Assembly: GCA_030044555.1 (NCBI GenBank)
Contig: JASHVN010000280.1
Location: 1-42,071, forward strand
Direction of reading: 5' to 3'
Length of the DNA stretch: 42,071 bases
Source of the DNA: Xanthobacteraceae bacterium
GTDB lineage: Bacteria; Pseudomonadota; Alphaproteobacteria; Rhizobiales; Xanthobacteraceae
Both the position numbers and the translations under genes were made by a program. The notes beneath the pieces were generated by a model. The model ran no database searches. It had not been told where the DNA came from and saw nothing but the letters and a program-made list of their open reading frames with translations. Shown in pieces: positions 17,195 to 27,577 of this stretch; position 1 is the stretch's first letter, and the number at the start of each line of letters is the position of its first letter.

Positions 17195-18144
17195 CGCCGC
17201 TTGGCGACCTTGAAGAACTTCCGCACTACGGGTTCTTCTCGCTCGTGCAGCTGATTGAACGGCATTACGCCGACGCTCCCCGCATCGGCTCGACCAGGGA
17301 GCCGGCGCGCGATGTCGTGCGCTTTCGCGCTACGCCGATGCTCGGTTTTCCGGCGGAGGAGATTTCAGAGGTCAGGCAGGTCGTCGCGGGTGGCGAGCGT
17401 ATCGATGTGCTGGTCAATCTGCTCGGGCTGCACGGCCCGTCTTCACCCTTGCCGCCATTTTTTACCGAGCGCGTCATGTACGCGGACGGGGCCGGCGCGG
17501 TCGGGGACTTCCTCGACTTCTTCAATCACCGGCTCATCAGCCTTCTCCTCCATATCTGGCGCTACTATCGGCATCACCTGCGCTTCGAGGAAGGCTCGCT
17601 CGACCCGATTTCGATCATCGTCGGCGCGCTCTTCGGCCTGTTGCCCGCGGAAAATACCGCAGACGAACGTGAATGGAGGGCGAGGCTGCTGCCCCATGTC
17701 GGGACGCTCGCCCTTTGCAGCCGTTCGGCCCGCTTGGTCGCCGACATCATTGCCAGCCACTTGGATATCCCGGTCAAGGTCGAGGAATTCATCTGGCGCG
17801 AGATCGACATCCCCGAGGAGGCGCGCTGGCATCTCGGCGAAGCCGGGCGGCAACTCGGATTCGATACTGTGGTCGGGGCCTCAATGCCCGACATAGCCGG
17901 CAAATTCCGGCTTTGCCTCGGTCCGCTCAGCAACGAACAATTCCGCGCCTTGCTGCCGGGGCGGGAGGCATACGCGATCCTGTGCCGGCTCATCAGCGTG
18001 ACCTTGCGTGATCCGCTGGCCTGGGATCTCCGCTTTGAATTGGCGCCCGGCGCTGCACCACAATGGCGCCTTGGCGAGGGCGAATTGGGTTGGACAACTC
18101 TGATCGACCCGCCTTCGGGGACGAGCATTAATGTCCTGTTGTGA
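17158..18144 (+). CDS. tssG: T6SS baseplate subunit TssG
   Basis: 328 aa; ...YGFFSLVQLIERHY...RFRATPMLGFPAEEI... is typical of TssG. It overlaps the tssF 3' end by 37 nt. Confidence 0.9.
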   Translation: MASADRNDHAVLTPLGDLEELPHYGFFSLVQLIERHYADAPRIGSTREPARDVVRFRATPMLGFPAEEISEVRQVVAGGERIDVLVNLLGLHGPSSPLPPFFTERVMYADGAGAVGDFLDFFNHRLISLLLHIWRYYRHHLRFEEGSLDPISIIVGALFGLLPAENTADEREWRARLLPHVGTLALCSRSARLVADIIASHLDIPVKVEEFIWREIDIPEEARWHLGEAGRQLGFDTVVGASMPDIAGKFRLCLGPLSNEQFRALLPGREAYAILCRLISVTLRDPLAWDLRFELAPGAAPQWRLGEGELGWTTLIDPPSGTSINVLL

Positions 18145-18444
18145 CTGTCATTGAGCCTTCACACTCATGTCCGATGAATGGCCGGGAGGGCGCAACCAGA
18201 GTTCACCCCCTTCCGTTCATCCGCTTGTGCGGAGTCGACTGATTCCGAGCCGCGGGGGGAGGAAACAGGGGGCACGCGAGCCACTCGATCGGCCTCTTAA
18301 CGCCTTGCGAATAATGCCTTGCGAAGCAAGCCGCGTCACAAATGGTCTGCCGTTTGCAGTGCGCGCCTCGATCGGCGGCGTTCAGATGGCTTGGCACGCC
18401 TGGATTGCCGATGTTTTGGTGGGCAAGGCTGAGCAAGGTGGAGG

Positions 18445-20343
18445 ATGCGCCTCGTACTTGCAGTCGTTGGAGAGAACGCAGAACCTTTGGGCCGCGACGC
18501 AAAAAGGTCGTTCGGGCTCGAGGGCGGTACCTTAGGGCGGGGAGTCAGTTGCACTTGGCAGCTTCCTGATCCGACCAACACCCTGTCGGCGAATCACGCT
18601 GTGATCGCCCACAACGGTCTCGGCTTCACGGTCACCGATACGAGCACGAACGGCGTCTACATCAATACTGTGGATATGCCGCTCGGCCGCGGCAATACCG
18701 CGCCGTTAGCCGACGGAGATATGCTCTATCTGGCCAATTATGTCGTCGCAGTTTCGATCGAGAATGATCCGGTCGACGACCGGCAGCGCTTGGGTATGGG
18801 CGCGAACGCCATGCGCATTGGCGGCGCGGGATCGGGAGCAGGGCGACTGTCAATGCCGCAGGATAATCTCCTTGCGCCCGGCCCTGCTGCGCCTGTGCCG
18901 CCGCCCGATCCTCTCCGCCGGGCGGCGGATAAGCAGGGCGGCTGGCTCGGACCAGGCGCGATGCCGCCACCGGTCGATCCGCTCGCTGGCTTCGATGCCC
19001 GGCCTGCGCCGGGCAGGCACGGGCCCGGATCCCTGGGCTCCGCGCCGGGCGCTTCGCAGCAAGTCCGCGATCCGTTGCAGATGCTTGAAGACGACGCGCG
19101 CGTAGATACCGGAACGGGACTAAACGACGACCTGTTGTCGAGTCGTCCGCTCCGGTCCGGGATTTCTGCGCCGGCTGCCGGCGTCGCACCACAGCGCGCC
19201 CCATCAGGGCCGTTGCCGCCAACACCGAATTTCGATGATTTGCTGGGAAGTGGGCCGCAAAGCCTCGATCGGCCCTCCGCTATTGTCCGGTCCGATCCTC
19301 TCGCGCCCGCTTCGCTCGGCAATTTGAACGCCCCGCGCGCTCCCCTGGGCCAAGCACCAAATCCGTCCAGCCCTCATCCGCAAAAATCCAAGATCATTCC
19401 CGACGATCTCGATTTCAGCGACTTGCTGACAGGCAATCAGCCAGCCCAGCCGCCCGCTGCCGCCCCAGCATCCTCGCCGATCCCCGGCTTCCCGCCGGCC
19501 GACCTCGCCGGCCTGTCGGAGCCGCGCGCGCCGATGCCGGCCGCGGCGCAACTGGCCGCGCCGATACGAAAGCCGCTCGGTCCCGCTCTTGCCAACGATC
19601 TTGTGGCGCTACGCGGACCCGCCACAGCGGCGCCGGCGCCTGGCGTGCCCGTGCTCGACCGCTTGGCAATTCTCAAGGAGCGGGCGGCCCAACGCTCCGC
19701 CGGCGCGCCGCCGGAGAGTGCGCTTGCGGCTCCGCTTGTGGCTGCGCCGGCAGGCGATGAACTCGCCGCGTTCTGGACCGCGCTCGGCATTGATTCCAGT
19801 TTGATCCCGCCGGAGCGGCGTCAGGAGGTGCTGGCCGACCTCGGCCAGGCGCTGCGCGAAATGGCCAGCGGCCTGCAATCGGTGCTGGCCGCGCGCGGCA
19901 TGATCAAGAACGAATTCCACATCGAGCAAACGCGGATTCGCTCGGGCGACAACAACGCCTTCAAATTCTTGAAAAGCGGCCTGGACGCGCTGCGCAAATC
20001 GCTGACCAGGGAACAGGGCTTTCTTCCGCTCGCTCGCTCCGTGCGCGAGGGATTTCAGGACATCAAGGCGCACGAGGTGGCGGCCATGATGGCCATGCGC
20101 GGCGCGGTCAGCAACGTGCTTACGCGCATGAGCCCGCAGCGGCTCGAGACCGACAGTGCGACAACGGGCCTGTTCGGCGGCCGGGTCGACAAGGCCAAGC
20201 TGTGGGACCGGTTCGTCGAACTGCACACCTCGATGGTTAATGATATCGATCGCACGACGCGCGCCTACATCGCTGACGAATTCGCCCGGAGCTATAATTC
20301 TCAGGTGGCGGCGCTGCGGGAAGCGGAGGGGACGCCAAAATGA
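18445..20343 (+). CDS. tagH: FHA-domain T6SS protein TagH (Fha-type) with a long Pro/Ala-rich linker
   Basis: 632 aa. The N-terminal FHA fold is GRGVSCTWQLPDPTNTLSANHAVIAHNGLGFTVTDTSTNGVYIN. Residues ~120-420 are a P/A-rich disordered region, followed by a conserved C-terminal TagH-type domain. An AAGGTGGAGG RBS lies upstream. Confidence 0.88.
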   Translation: MRLVLAVVGENAEPLGRDAKRSFGLEGGTLGRGVSCTWQLPDPTNTLSANHAVIAHNGLGFTVTDTSTNGVYINTVDMPLGRGNTAPLADGDMLYLANYVVAVSIENDPVDDRQRLGMGANAMRIGGAGSGAGRLSMPQDNLLAPGPAAPVPPPDPLRRAADKQGGWLGPGAMPPPVDPLAGFDARPAPGRHGPGSLGSAPGASQQVRDPLQMLEDDARVDTGTGLNDDLLSSRPLRSGISAPAAGVAPQRAPSGPLPPTPNFDDLLGSGPQSLDRPSAIVRSDPLAPASLGNLNAPRAPLGQAPNPSSPHPQKSKIIPDDLDFSDLLTGNQPAQPPAAAPASSPIPGFPPADLAGLSEPRAPMPAAAQLAAPIRKPLGPALANDLVALRGPATAAPAPGVPVLDRLAILKERAAQRSAGAPPESALAAPLVAAPAGDELAAFWTALGIDSSLIPPERRQEVLADLGQALREMASGLQSVLAARGMIKNEFHIEQTRIRSGDNNAFKFLKSGLDALRKSLTREQGFLPLARSVREGFQDIKAHEVAAMMAMRGAVSNVLTRMSPQRLETDSATTGLFGGRVDKAKLWDRFVELHTSMVNDIDRTTRAYIADEFARSYNSQVAALREAEGTPK

Positions 20344-20852
20344 CGAGATTGCCGAGCCGGCCTCGGCGCAAGCTGATCGTCATGGGCGTTCTTCTTGCTG
20401 CGGCGGCAGCGTCGGGATGCGCTTCCGACAAGAGCGCCAAAACGACGCCGATCAAATTCGTTATCCAGGCCGATCAACAGGTGAATCCGGATGCCAGCGG
20501 CCAACCGTCGCCGGTGGTCGTGCGAATCTACGAACTCAAATCAACGACCGCCTTCGATCAGGCGGCGTTCTTCGATTTGTTCGATAACGACGCCAAGGTG
20601 CTTGGTTCCGATCTGGTCGCCAAGCGCGAATTTGAGCTCAAGCCGGGCGACAAGGTGGATTTCGACCGCGATACGCCGGTCGACACGCGCTACATCGGCG
20701 TCACCGCCGGCTTCCGCCTTGGCGACGATGCGCAATGGCGCACCACGGCCGAGATAAAACCGGAAAAAAACAATAGCATCATCGTGAAGGTGGCGGCGCA
20801 GTCGATTAGTATCGAAGCGGAAGCGGGCAAGGATTGGTGGAAGCTTTTTTGA
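20340..20852 (+). CDS. tssJ: T6SS outer-membrane lipoprotein TssJ
   Basis: 170 aa. Signal peptide with lipobox (LLAAAAASGC), then ...NPDASGQPSPVVVRIYELKS...FFDLF..., typical of TssJ/SciN. ATGA start/stop overlap with tagH. Confidence 0.9.
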   Translation: MTRLPSRPRRKLIVMGVLLAAAAASGCASDKSAKTTPIKFVIQADQQVNPDASGQPSPVVVRIYELKSTTAFDQAAFFDLFDNDAKVLGSDLVAKREFELKPGDKVDFDRDTPVDTRYIGVTAGFRLGDDAQWRTTAEIKPEKNNSIIVKVAAQSISIEAEAGKDWWKLF

Positions 20853-20943
20853 CCGGATGCGCCGCCACGTGCAGGGGTGGCGAAGACAGCACGCGTCTTA
20901 AAAGCAAACGAATAAAAGGCGATAGAGGCACAGAGGGCGACAG

Positions 20944-22284
20944 ATGTCGGTGACGAGTAAGCCTATCTGGTCGGAAGGCATGCTGATGCGCCCGCAGCAT
21001 CTGCAGCAATACGATCGCTGGATCGAACAGCTGCTGGAGAACCGCGTCGGCGGCCTCGTCGGTCATGGCTGGGGCATCAGGCGGCTCGCTTTCGATCGCA
21101 ACTTGCTGGCGCTTGGACAAATTGCGCTGACCGAGTGCGAGGCGATCATGCCCGATGGCACGGCGCTGGTATTGCCCGACTTTGGACGCCTACCGCCGCC
21201 GCGCGTGCTGCCGCCGGCAGCAAAAAACATCCTGGTCAAGATCGGTGTGGCCGCGCGGCAGCGCAGCGGCGCGGAAGTGTCGTCCGCCGACGCGCCGAAG
21301 CGGCGTCACGATCAGGAGACCTTGCAAGTCCGCAACGTCACCGCGCCGGAGAAGCCGCCGGTGGACGTCAATGTCGCGACCTTGACGACGCGATTTGTCT
21401 TTGACGGCGAGCCCGAGGACGATGTCATCACGCTGCCGGTCGCGCGCATCAGGGATGTGGAGCCGGGCGGCGCCCTCGTCTTGTCGGACACCCATGTGCC
21501 TCCGGCGACCGACATCCACGCGGTGCCGCGGCTGATTTCGCTGCTCAACGAAGTACGGTCGTTGTTGCGCAGCCGGGCGGATGCGCTCGCCGCGCGTGCC
21601 GATCCGTCGCGATCGAACGCCGACAGCGCCGGATTGATCGACCTCGTGACATTGTCGATCGTCAACGGCGCCGAGGCGGTTTTCGACCATTTCGCGGCCA
21701 CCCACGGGCAGCACCCGGAGGAGTTTTTCCAGGCCTTGCTCGATCTTGCCGGCCGGCTGTCGAGCTTTTCCGGCGATCGCCGCAAGCCGTCCGATCTTCC
21801 GGCTTATCGGCACGAGGATCTCGAGAGCAGTTTTACGCCGGTTATCGATCTGTTGCGCAAGCTTTTGTCGGTCGTGATCCAGCACGCGGCAATTTCTCTG
21901 CCCTTGCAGGATCGCGGCTACGGCATTCTGATTGCGGTGATCTCCGATCGCACGCTGTTCCAGGGGTCGCGTTTCGTGCTGACCGCAGTTGCCAGCGTCC
22001 CAACCGAGACATTGCGCAGCCAGCTGCCGACGCAGATGAAAGTCGGCTCGGTCGAACAAATTCGCGACCTCGTCAATCTTCAGCTTCCCGGGATTCCGAT
22101 TCGTCCACTGGCCGTGGCGCCGCGGGAAATGCCGTTCTTGCAGAACGCGGTTTATTTCGAGCTCGATCAATCGGTCGAGCTGTGGCGCAGCCTGGTGCGC
22201 TCGGCCGCCTTCGCCTTCCATGTCAGCGGCGACTATTCCGAGCTGCATCTCGAATTCTGGGCTATCCGCGGAAAGCGTGCGTGA
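20944..22284 (+). CDS. tssK: T6SS baseplate subunit TssK
   Basis: 446 aa. The N-terminus KPIWSEGMLMRPQHLQQYDRW is the canonical TssK motif. Confidence 0.92.
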   Translation: MSVTSKPIWSEGMLMRPQHLQQYDRWIEQLLENRVGGLVGHGWGIRRLAFDRNLLALGQIALTECEAIMPDGTALVLPDFGRLPPPRVLPPAAKNILVKIGVAARQRSGAEVSSADAPKRRHDQETLQVRNVTAPEKPPVDVNVATLTTRFVFDGEPEDDVITLPVARIRDVEPGGALVLSDTHVPPATDIHAVPRLISLLNEVRSLLRSRADALAARADPSRSNADSAGLIDLVTLSIVNGAEAVFDHFAATHGQHPEEFFQALLDLAGRLSSFSGDRRKPSDLPAYRHEDLESSFTPVIDLLRKLLSVVIQHAAISLPLQDRGYGILIAVISDRTLFQGSRFVLTAVASVPTETLRSQLPTQMKVGSVEQIRDLVNLQLPGIPIRPLAVAPREMPFLQNAVYFELDQSVELWRSLVRSAAFAFHVSGDYSELHLEFWAIRGKRA

Positions 22285-22298
22285 CGAGGCCGCAACAG

Positions 22299-23192
22299 AT
22301 GGATGAACCGACAGTCGTTGGACGCCGGCCGGTGGGCCCGACGCGCAACACGCGCCGGACCCAGCCGGCAGCCGGCGTTTCGCGGCTGGCGCCAGCAGCG
22401 GCGCCGGCACCGGCGCCGGTTCAGCACGCTGCAGAGTCCAGGCCGGAGCTTGCCGACCCTGCCGACAATGCCGAGACCGTGGCGCAGATCGTGCTCGATC
22501 CGAAATCGCCCGAGGACGGGCTGGTCGCTGCCGCGGCGCCGCTGTTTCTCCTCGTCGCGCAACTGCGCAACATCGTCGAGAATGCCGACATCGCTGCTTT
22601 GCGGCGCCGGGTGGTCGAGCAATTGCGCCGTTTCGAGGAGCGCGCCGTGCGTTATCAAGCGCGCGGCGGCGACGTCAGCGCCGCCCGTTACGTCATGTGC
22701 GCGCTGATCGATGAGGCGGTGATGACGACGCCGTGGGGCAGCGGCAGCGCCTGGAGCGACAACAGTCTGCTCAATCAGTTCCACAACGAGACCTGGGGCG
22801 GTGAAAAGGTTTTTCAGATCCTCGAGCGCGTGCAGAGCGAGCCGGCCAAATATCTGGCGCTGCTCAAGCTGCTCGACCTCTGTCTGCTGATGGGATTCGA
22901 GGGCAAGTATCGCGTGGTCGACGGCGGGCGCGAGCGGCTCGAGGATCTGCGTGCGGAACTCGGGCGCCTGTTGCGCCAGTATTCGCCGTCGCCGTCGGCA
23001 GAGCTCTCCGCGCAATGGCGCGGCACGAGCGCACGCCGCGGCGTGCGCGGCTACGTGCCGCTTTGGATCGTTTTTACCGCCGCCGCCCTTGTGGTGCTCA
23101 TAGGCTACAGCGTTTTTCGCTGGCGTCTGTCCGACGAAGTGGCGCCGGTCGCGCAAATGCTCGATGTCGTCGGCCAAGGCGTGTCGCAGTAA
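22299..23192 (+). CDS. tssL: T6SS membrane-complex subunit TssL (DotU family, no OmpA/peptidoglycan-binding extension)
   Basis: The DotU core is ...ARYVMCALIDEAVMTTPWG...WSDNSLLNQFHNETWGGEKVFQILER..., with a single C-terminal TM (YVPLWIVFTAAALVVLIGYSVF). Start taken at ATG 22299; a GTG at 22281 overlapping the tssK stop is an alternative. Confidence 0.88.
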   Translation: MDEPTVVGRRPVGPTRNTRRTQPAAGVSRLAPAAAPAPAPVQHAAESRPELADPADNAETVAQIVLDPKSPEDGLVAAAAPLFLLVAQLRNIVENADIAALRRRVVEQLRRFEERAVRYQARGGDVSAARYVMCALIDEAVMTTPWGSGSAWSDNSLLNQFHNETWGGEKVFQILERVQSEPAKYLALLKLLDLCLLMGFEGKYRVVDGGRERLEDLRAELGRLLRQYSPSPSAELSAQWRGTSARRGVRGYVPLWIVFTAAALVVLIGYSVFRWRLSDEVAPVAQMLDVVGQGVSQ

Positions 23193-23204
23193 GGGGAGCT
23201 AGGC

Positions 23205-26200
23205 GTGTTCGCTGCACAGCTTGCCGCGCTGTTTTCGATCCGGGGCATCATCACGCTTATCGGTCTGCTGGCGATCAGCGCGCTGATCTGGGTTGGCGGA
23301 CCGTATCTCGAGCTTTACGGGGAGCACCCGCTGGCGCCGGAATTCAACCGCGCCGCTGCGATTGCGGGGCTGTTCGCTGCGGTTTTGATCGTCACCTTGA
23401 CGCGCTACTGGCTCGCCCGCCGCGCCAACCGGCGCGTGATCAAGTCGCTCATGGAGAGCGAAGGCCTCATCGAGACCTCGGACAATCGCAGCCAGGAAGA
23501 AGTCGAGATCATCCGCGAGCGTTTCGAAAACGCGCTGAGGGTCCTGCGCGACACGGTCTTTGCCGGCAAGCGCGGCCCGAGCTACCTCTTCCAGCTTCCC
23601 TGGTACATCATCATCGGCCCGCCCGGCGCCGGCAAGACAACGATCCTGCGCAATTCGGGGCTCGAGTTTCCGCTCGCCGACCGCCTCGGCGTCGATCCGG
23701 TCGCCGGTTTCGGCGGCACGCGCAACTGCGACTGGTGGTTCACCGAAGAGGCGGTTCTGATCGACACCGCCGGCCGTTACACGACGCAGGACACGAACGC
23801 CGAAGTCGACCGGGCCGCCTGGCGCGGCTTTCTCGATCTGTTGCGGATGCATCGGCGGCGCCGACCGATCAACGGCATTCTCGTCGCCATCAGCCTGTCC
23901 GACCTGCTGCTGCAGGATGAAGGCGGACGCCGGCGCCATGTTGAAGCGATTCGCACGCGCATTCAGGAGCTGTTGAAGACCTTCGGCATGCAAATGCCGG
24001 TTTATGTGCTGGTGACCAAGTGCGATCTGGTCTCCGGCTTCAGCGAATATTTTGACAGCCTGGATGACACGGGACGCGCACAGGTGTGGGGCAAGACCTT
24101 CCCGGTCGAAGGCCCGGGCGATCGGCTCGCCGACATCGTCACCCTGCAAATGAAGGAACTCACCGAACGTCTGGACGCGGCATTGCTCGGCCGCATGCAC
24201 GACGAGCGCAACCTCGGCCGCCGGGCGACGATGTATGCCTTCCCCAAGGAATTCTGGGGCATTCGCACGGCGATCGGCGCCTTCGTCAGCGACGTTTTCC
24301 GGGCGAGCCGCTTTGAAAACCGCCCGATGTTGCGCGGGGTCTATTTCACCAGCGGAACGCAGGAGGGCACGCCGATCGATCGCGTCATCGGCACGCTCAG
24401 CCGCAGCTTCGGCCTGCAATCGGGCCAGCGCGCGTCACCGCTTGGGCAGGGCAAGGCCTTCTTCATTCGAAAGCTTTTGACCGACGTGATTTTCGCCGAG
24501 CAAGGGCTGGTCGGCCGCAATGCCAAGCTCGAACGCAAGCTCGCCTTGATGCATGGCGGCGGTTACATCGCCGCTCTCGGCATCATGGTCGGGGCATTGC
24601 TGCTCTGGTATGGCGCCTTCGCACGCAGCGAAGCCCGCATCGCCGATACCAAGGTTGCGGTTCAGGCGGCGCAGGCGCGCGTGCAGGATCTGCGCGGCAC
24701 GCCGGATTTCGGGTCGCTCTTGCCGGCGCTCGATGCTGCGCGGCGCGTGCGGGTCGCCACCGGCGAGGACAGCTGGTTCGCCTGGCTCGACGGCGTCGGC
24801 ATCTCGGCCACGCCGATACTCGCGCCGCTCGCACAGGATGCCTATGACCGCGTTCTGCTCGGACAGCTTCTGCCGGCCTTCGCCAACCGGCTCACCTACC
24901 ACATCAGTGCGCTGCTGCGGACCGGCAACGAGGCCGCCCTCGATCAGGTCAAGGAGGTTTTCCGCACCTATTTGATGCTCGGCGATCCGGCGCATTTCGA
25001 TCGCGCCAGGGTCGCGCAGGCGGCCCGCGACGAAGTCGCGCTGGCGTATCCGCTCGATCCGACGTCGGCCGCAGCGATGAATCAGCATTTCGCGCGCCTT
25101 ATCGAGCTCTTGCCCAAGCCGATTAACATCGATCCACAGTTTGCGGCCGACGTGCGTTCCCGCTTGCTGCGGCTCCCGCCGGTCGATCAGGTTTATGCCC
25201 GGCTTCTGCGTGAGGGAGCGCAGAGTGCGCGCTTGCGTCCGATCGATCTGGTCAGCGTGATCGGGATGGGACAGCTCGAGATTGGCCAGCAGCGTGCCGC
25301 GCAAGCTTATTTTCCGCCATTAGACCAGCAGCAGGATCCAGGAGTAGTGGCCGACGGCTCGGTCATTCCCGGTATTTTCACCCACGACGGATTCTATAAT
25401 TTCGTATTGCCGCAATTGCCGCTGCTGGTGCGGGAAGAGGAAGGGGCCGATTGGGTCCTTGCCGGCGGCAATCTCGACAATGCAGGCACGCAGCAGGTCG
25501 CCTTGAAGGTGATGGATCGCTACGTCGCCGATTACATCCGCGTCTGGACCAACGCGATCAACAGCGTGCATGTGGTCAGGTTCGACGATATGCAGCGCGG
25601 ATCGGCGATCCTGCGCGGTCTCGCCAGCCCGCAGAGTTCGCTCCAGCAGCTCGTCGCCGTCGTGCGCGACAACACCATCTTGCCGCCGCCGGGTCAGCAA
25701 TCGGCTCAGCCGATGGCCGGTGGTCCTCCCGGTGCAGGTGCGCCGCCTGGTGGGGGTGGGGCTCCGGGCGCCAGTCCGCAGCTGGCCTCCGCGGTCGTTG
25801 GAAGTATCTCCGGGGCGGCTTTCTCCGCCGCTTTCGGCGACACGCCGTGGCCCGGCACGCGCATCACCGAAGCATTCCGTCCCTTGGCGCAATTGGCGAT
25901 GGCGGGCGAGGGAGGACAGCCCGTGCCCATGGACCGGGTGCGAGACCTGTTTGGCGGCCTCTACGCGGTGATGGCCAATATCGCCACCGCGCCGGATCCA
26001 GGCCAGGCGGCGTTTCAATTGGTCCAGCGCCGGGTGAAGGACCCGAACAACGATGCCTTTGGTGCATTGCGCAGCGATTCCGCGCTGCGGCCGGAGCCGG
26101 TGCACAGCATCATGAATGACATCGCGTCGTCGGCGTGGAAGGCGCTGCTCAACCAGGCCCATGATTACGTGGACAGCATCTGGAAGCGCGACGTGCTGCC

Positions 26201-26867
26201 GGTCTGCCAAAGCTCGATCTTCCAGCGCTATCCGCTTTTCGCATCGTCGACCGAAGATGCGACACTGCAGGATTTCGGCGATTTCTTCCGCCCCGGCGGG
26301 GTGATTGACGACTTCTTTCAGAAATATTTGTCGACGCTGGTGGTCGACCGGCGCATGGGACTCTGGCCGGCGACGATCGACGGCGTGACGGTGCCGATCC
26401 GGCCCGATGCGCTCGCCCAATTCGAGCGCGCGCGGGAAATTCGTTTGGCTTTCTTCAACGGCTCGGGCTCGGCACCGAGCGTGAAGTTCAGCATCAAGCC
26501 GGTGTTTCTCGATCCGAGCCTGCTGAGTGCGTCATTTAACCTGGACGGCAAGGAGATCGTCTATCGGCATGAGGAGCCGCGCGCGTCAGACCTGCAGTGG
26601 CCGACCGACGTCGAGGCGAGCACAGTGTCGGTGACGCTCAACGGCGTCAATGGCCAGGAACTGAAGGTGCAGCAGTCGGGGCCCTGGGCGCTGTTCCGGC
26701 TGGTGGATGCGTCACAATTGTCCTCGCGGGGCAGCCCCGATCGCTTCACGATCACCATCGGCAAGCCTGACGGCCCCAAGGTCACCTATGAGCTGCACGC
26801 GGCAAGCGTGACAAATCCCTTTAGCCTCAAAGTTCTTCGCTCCTTTCGCTGCCCCGACGACCTATGA
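23205..26867 (+). CDS. tssM: T6SS membrane-complex subunit TssM (IcmF family)
   Basis: 1220 aa with a GTG start after an AAGGGGAG RBS. It has N-terminal TM helices, Walker A GPPGAGKTT, and a long periplasmic IcmF-type C-terminal region. Confidence 0.93.
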   Translation: MFAAQLAALFSIRGIITLIGLLAISALIWVGGPYLELYGEHPLAPEFNRAAAIAGLFAAVLIVTLTRYWLARRANRRVIKSLMESEGLIETSDNRSQEEVEIIRERFENALRVLRDTVFAGKRGPSYLFQLPWYIIIGPPGAGKTTILRNSGLEFPLADRLGVDPVAGFGGTRNCDWWFTEEAVLIDTAGRYTTQDTNAEVDRAAWRGFLDLLRMHRRRRPINGILVAISLSDLLLQDEGGRRRHVEAIRTRIQELLKTFGMQMPVYVLVTKCDLVSGFSEYFDSLDDTGRAQVWGKTFPVEGPGDRLADIVTLQMKELTERLDAALLGRMHDERNLGRRATMYAFPKEFWGIRTAIGAFVSDVFRASRFENRPMLRGVYFTSGTQEGTPIDRVIGTLSRSFGLQSGQRASPLGQGKAFFIRKLLTDVIFAEQGLVGRNAKLERKLALMHGGGYIAALGIMVGALLLWYGAFARSEARIADTKVAVQAAQARVQDLRGTPDFGSLLPALDAARRVRVATGEDSWFAWLDGVGISATPILAPLAQDAYDRVLLGQLLPAFANRLTYHISALLRTGNEAALDQVKEVFRTYLMLGDPAHFDRARVAQAARDEVALAYPLDPTSAAAMNQHFARLIELLPKPINIDPQFAADVRSRLLRLPPVDQVYARLLREGAQSARLRPIDLVSVIGMGQLEIGQQRAAQAYFPPLDQQQDPGVVADGSVIPGIFTHDGFYNFVLPQLPLLVREEEGADWVLAGGNLDNAGTQQVALKVMDRYVADYIRVWTNAINSVHVVRFDDMQRGSAILRGLASPQSSLQQLVAVVRDNTILPPPGQQSAQPMAGGPPGAGAPPGGGGAPGASPQLASAVVGSISGAAFSAAFGDTPWPGTRITEAFRPLAQLAMAGEGGQPVPMDRVRDLFGGLYAVMANIATAPDPGQAAFQLVQRRVKDPNNDAFGALRSDSALRPEPVHSIMNDIASSAWKALLNQAHDYVDSIWKRDVLPVCQSSIFQRYPLFASSTEDATLQDFGDFFRPGGVIDDFFQKYLSTLVVDRRMGLWPATIDGVTVPIRPDALAQFERAREIRLAFFNGSGSAPSVKFSIKPVFLDPSLLSASFNLDGKEIVYRHEEPRASDLQWPTDVEASTVSVTLNGVNGQELKVQQSGPWALFRLVDASQLSSRGSPDRFTITIGKPDGPKVTYELHAASVTNPFSLKVLRSFRCPDDL

Positions 26868-27577
26868 CTGGGTCCGCCATTGTGACTTTCGGGGTCTATG
26901 GGAAAATTCCGGCCAACGCCGATTTCATCTACCGGGATCTGCCGCGGGCGTTCGTCGACCGCTGGGATCAATGGCTGAGCGAATCGCTCGCGGCGAGCCG
27001 GGAGGCTTTGGGTGATGCCTGGGTGCCGGTCTATCTGAAGAGTCCGCCGTGGCGTTTTGCCATCGATGCCGGGCTCGCCGGCCCTTATGCCTGGATGGGT
27101 CTCTTATTGTCGTCCATCGATCAAGTGCAGCGATGCTATCCGCTGACGCTCGCGGTGGCGCTGCCCGAATCCATGACCATTGCGCGGCTGCGGCAGGATT
27201 TCGATCCCTTGCTCGAAGAGCTGGAGGAAATCGCGCTTGGCCTGGTCGGCGGCGAGCGCAGGCTCGACAGCGCCATGGACGACATTGGCGCAATAGCGCG
27301 TGAGATCGACCTGCGTGCGCGCTCGTCGCCGCTGTCGCTGCGCTGGGGCGATGCGCGCGCGACGGTTTGCGTTGATCACGCCCGCGCGCCTTCGATCAGC
27401 GCCATGCTGTGTGACGAATGGCCGGGCGGCACGACCGGCGCCAGCTGCTGGTGGCACCGCGGCTGGGGACATTGCGGCCCGGTGCGGATCGCCGCTCAGG
27501 GATTGCCGCCGCCCCGCGGGTTTGCCGCTTTTCTCGATGGATCATGGATCAAGCACGGCTGGATCGCCAATGCTTGA
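26864..27577 (+). CDS. tagF: T6SS post-translational regulator TagF (ImpM/DUF2094 family)
   Basis: 237 aa. The N-terminus FGVYGKIPANADFIYRDLPRAFVDRWDQWL is the TagF signature. ATGA overlap with tssM. Confidence 0.88.
   Translation: MTGSAIVTFGVYGKIPANADFIYRDLPRAFVDRWDQWLSESLAASREALGDAWVPVYLKSPPWRFAIDAGLAGPYAWMGLLLSSIDQVQRCYPLTLAVALPESMTIARLRQDFDPLLEELEEIALGLVGGERRLDSAMDDIGAIAREIDLRARSSPLSLRWGDARATVCVDHARAPSISAMLCDEWPGGTTGASCWWHRGWGHCGPVRIAAQGLPPPRGFAAFLDGSWIKHGWIANA

Noticed and set aside
18392-18408. TGGCACG...TTGC sigma-54-like box upstream of tagH
   Set aside because: The spacer is 6 nt instead of 4 after TGGCACG (GG to GC distance 14 instead of 12). Sigma-54 promoters are intolerant of spacing changes, so it is not annotated as a promoter and is only mentioned in a finding.
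21190-26420. Long - strand ORFs (21190..22410, 22233..23177, 23199..24419, 24435..25304, 25320..26420) opposite tssK, tssL and tssM
   Set aside because: All are antisense to well-supported T6SS genes, and their composition is typical of non-coding frames in GC-rich DNA.
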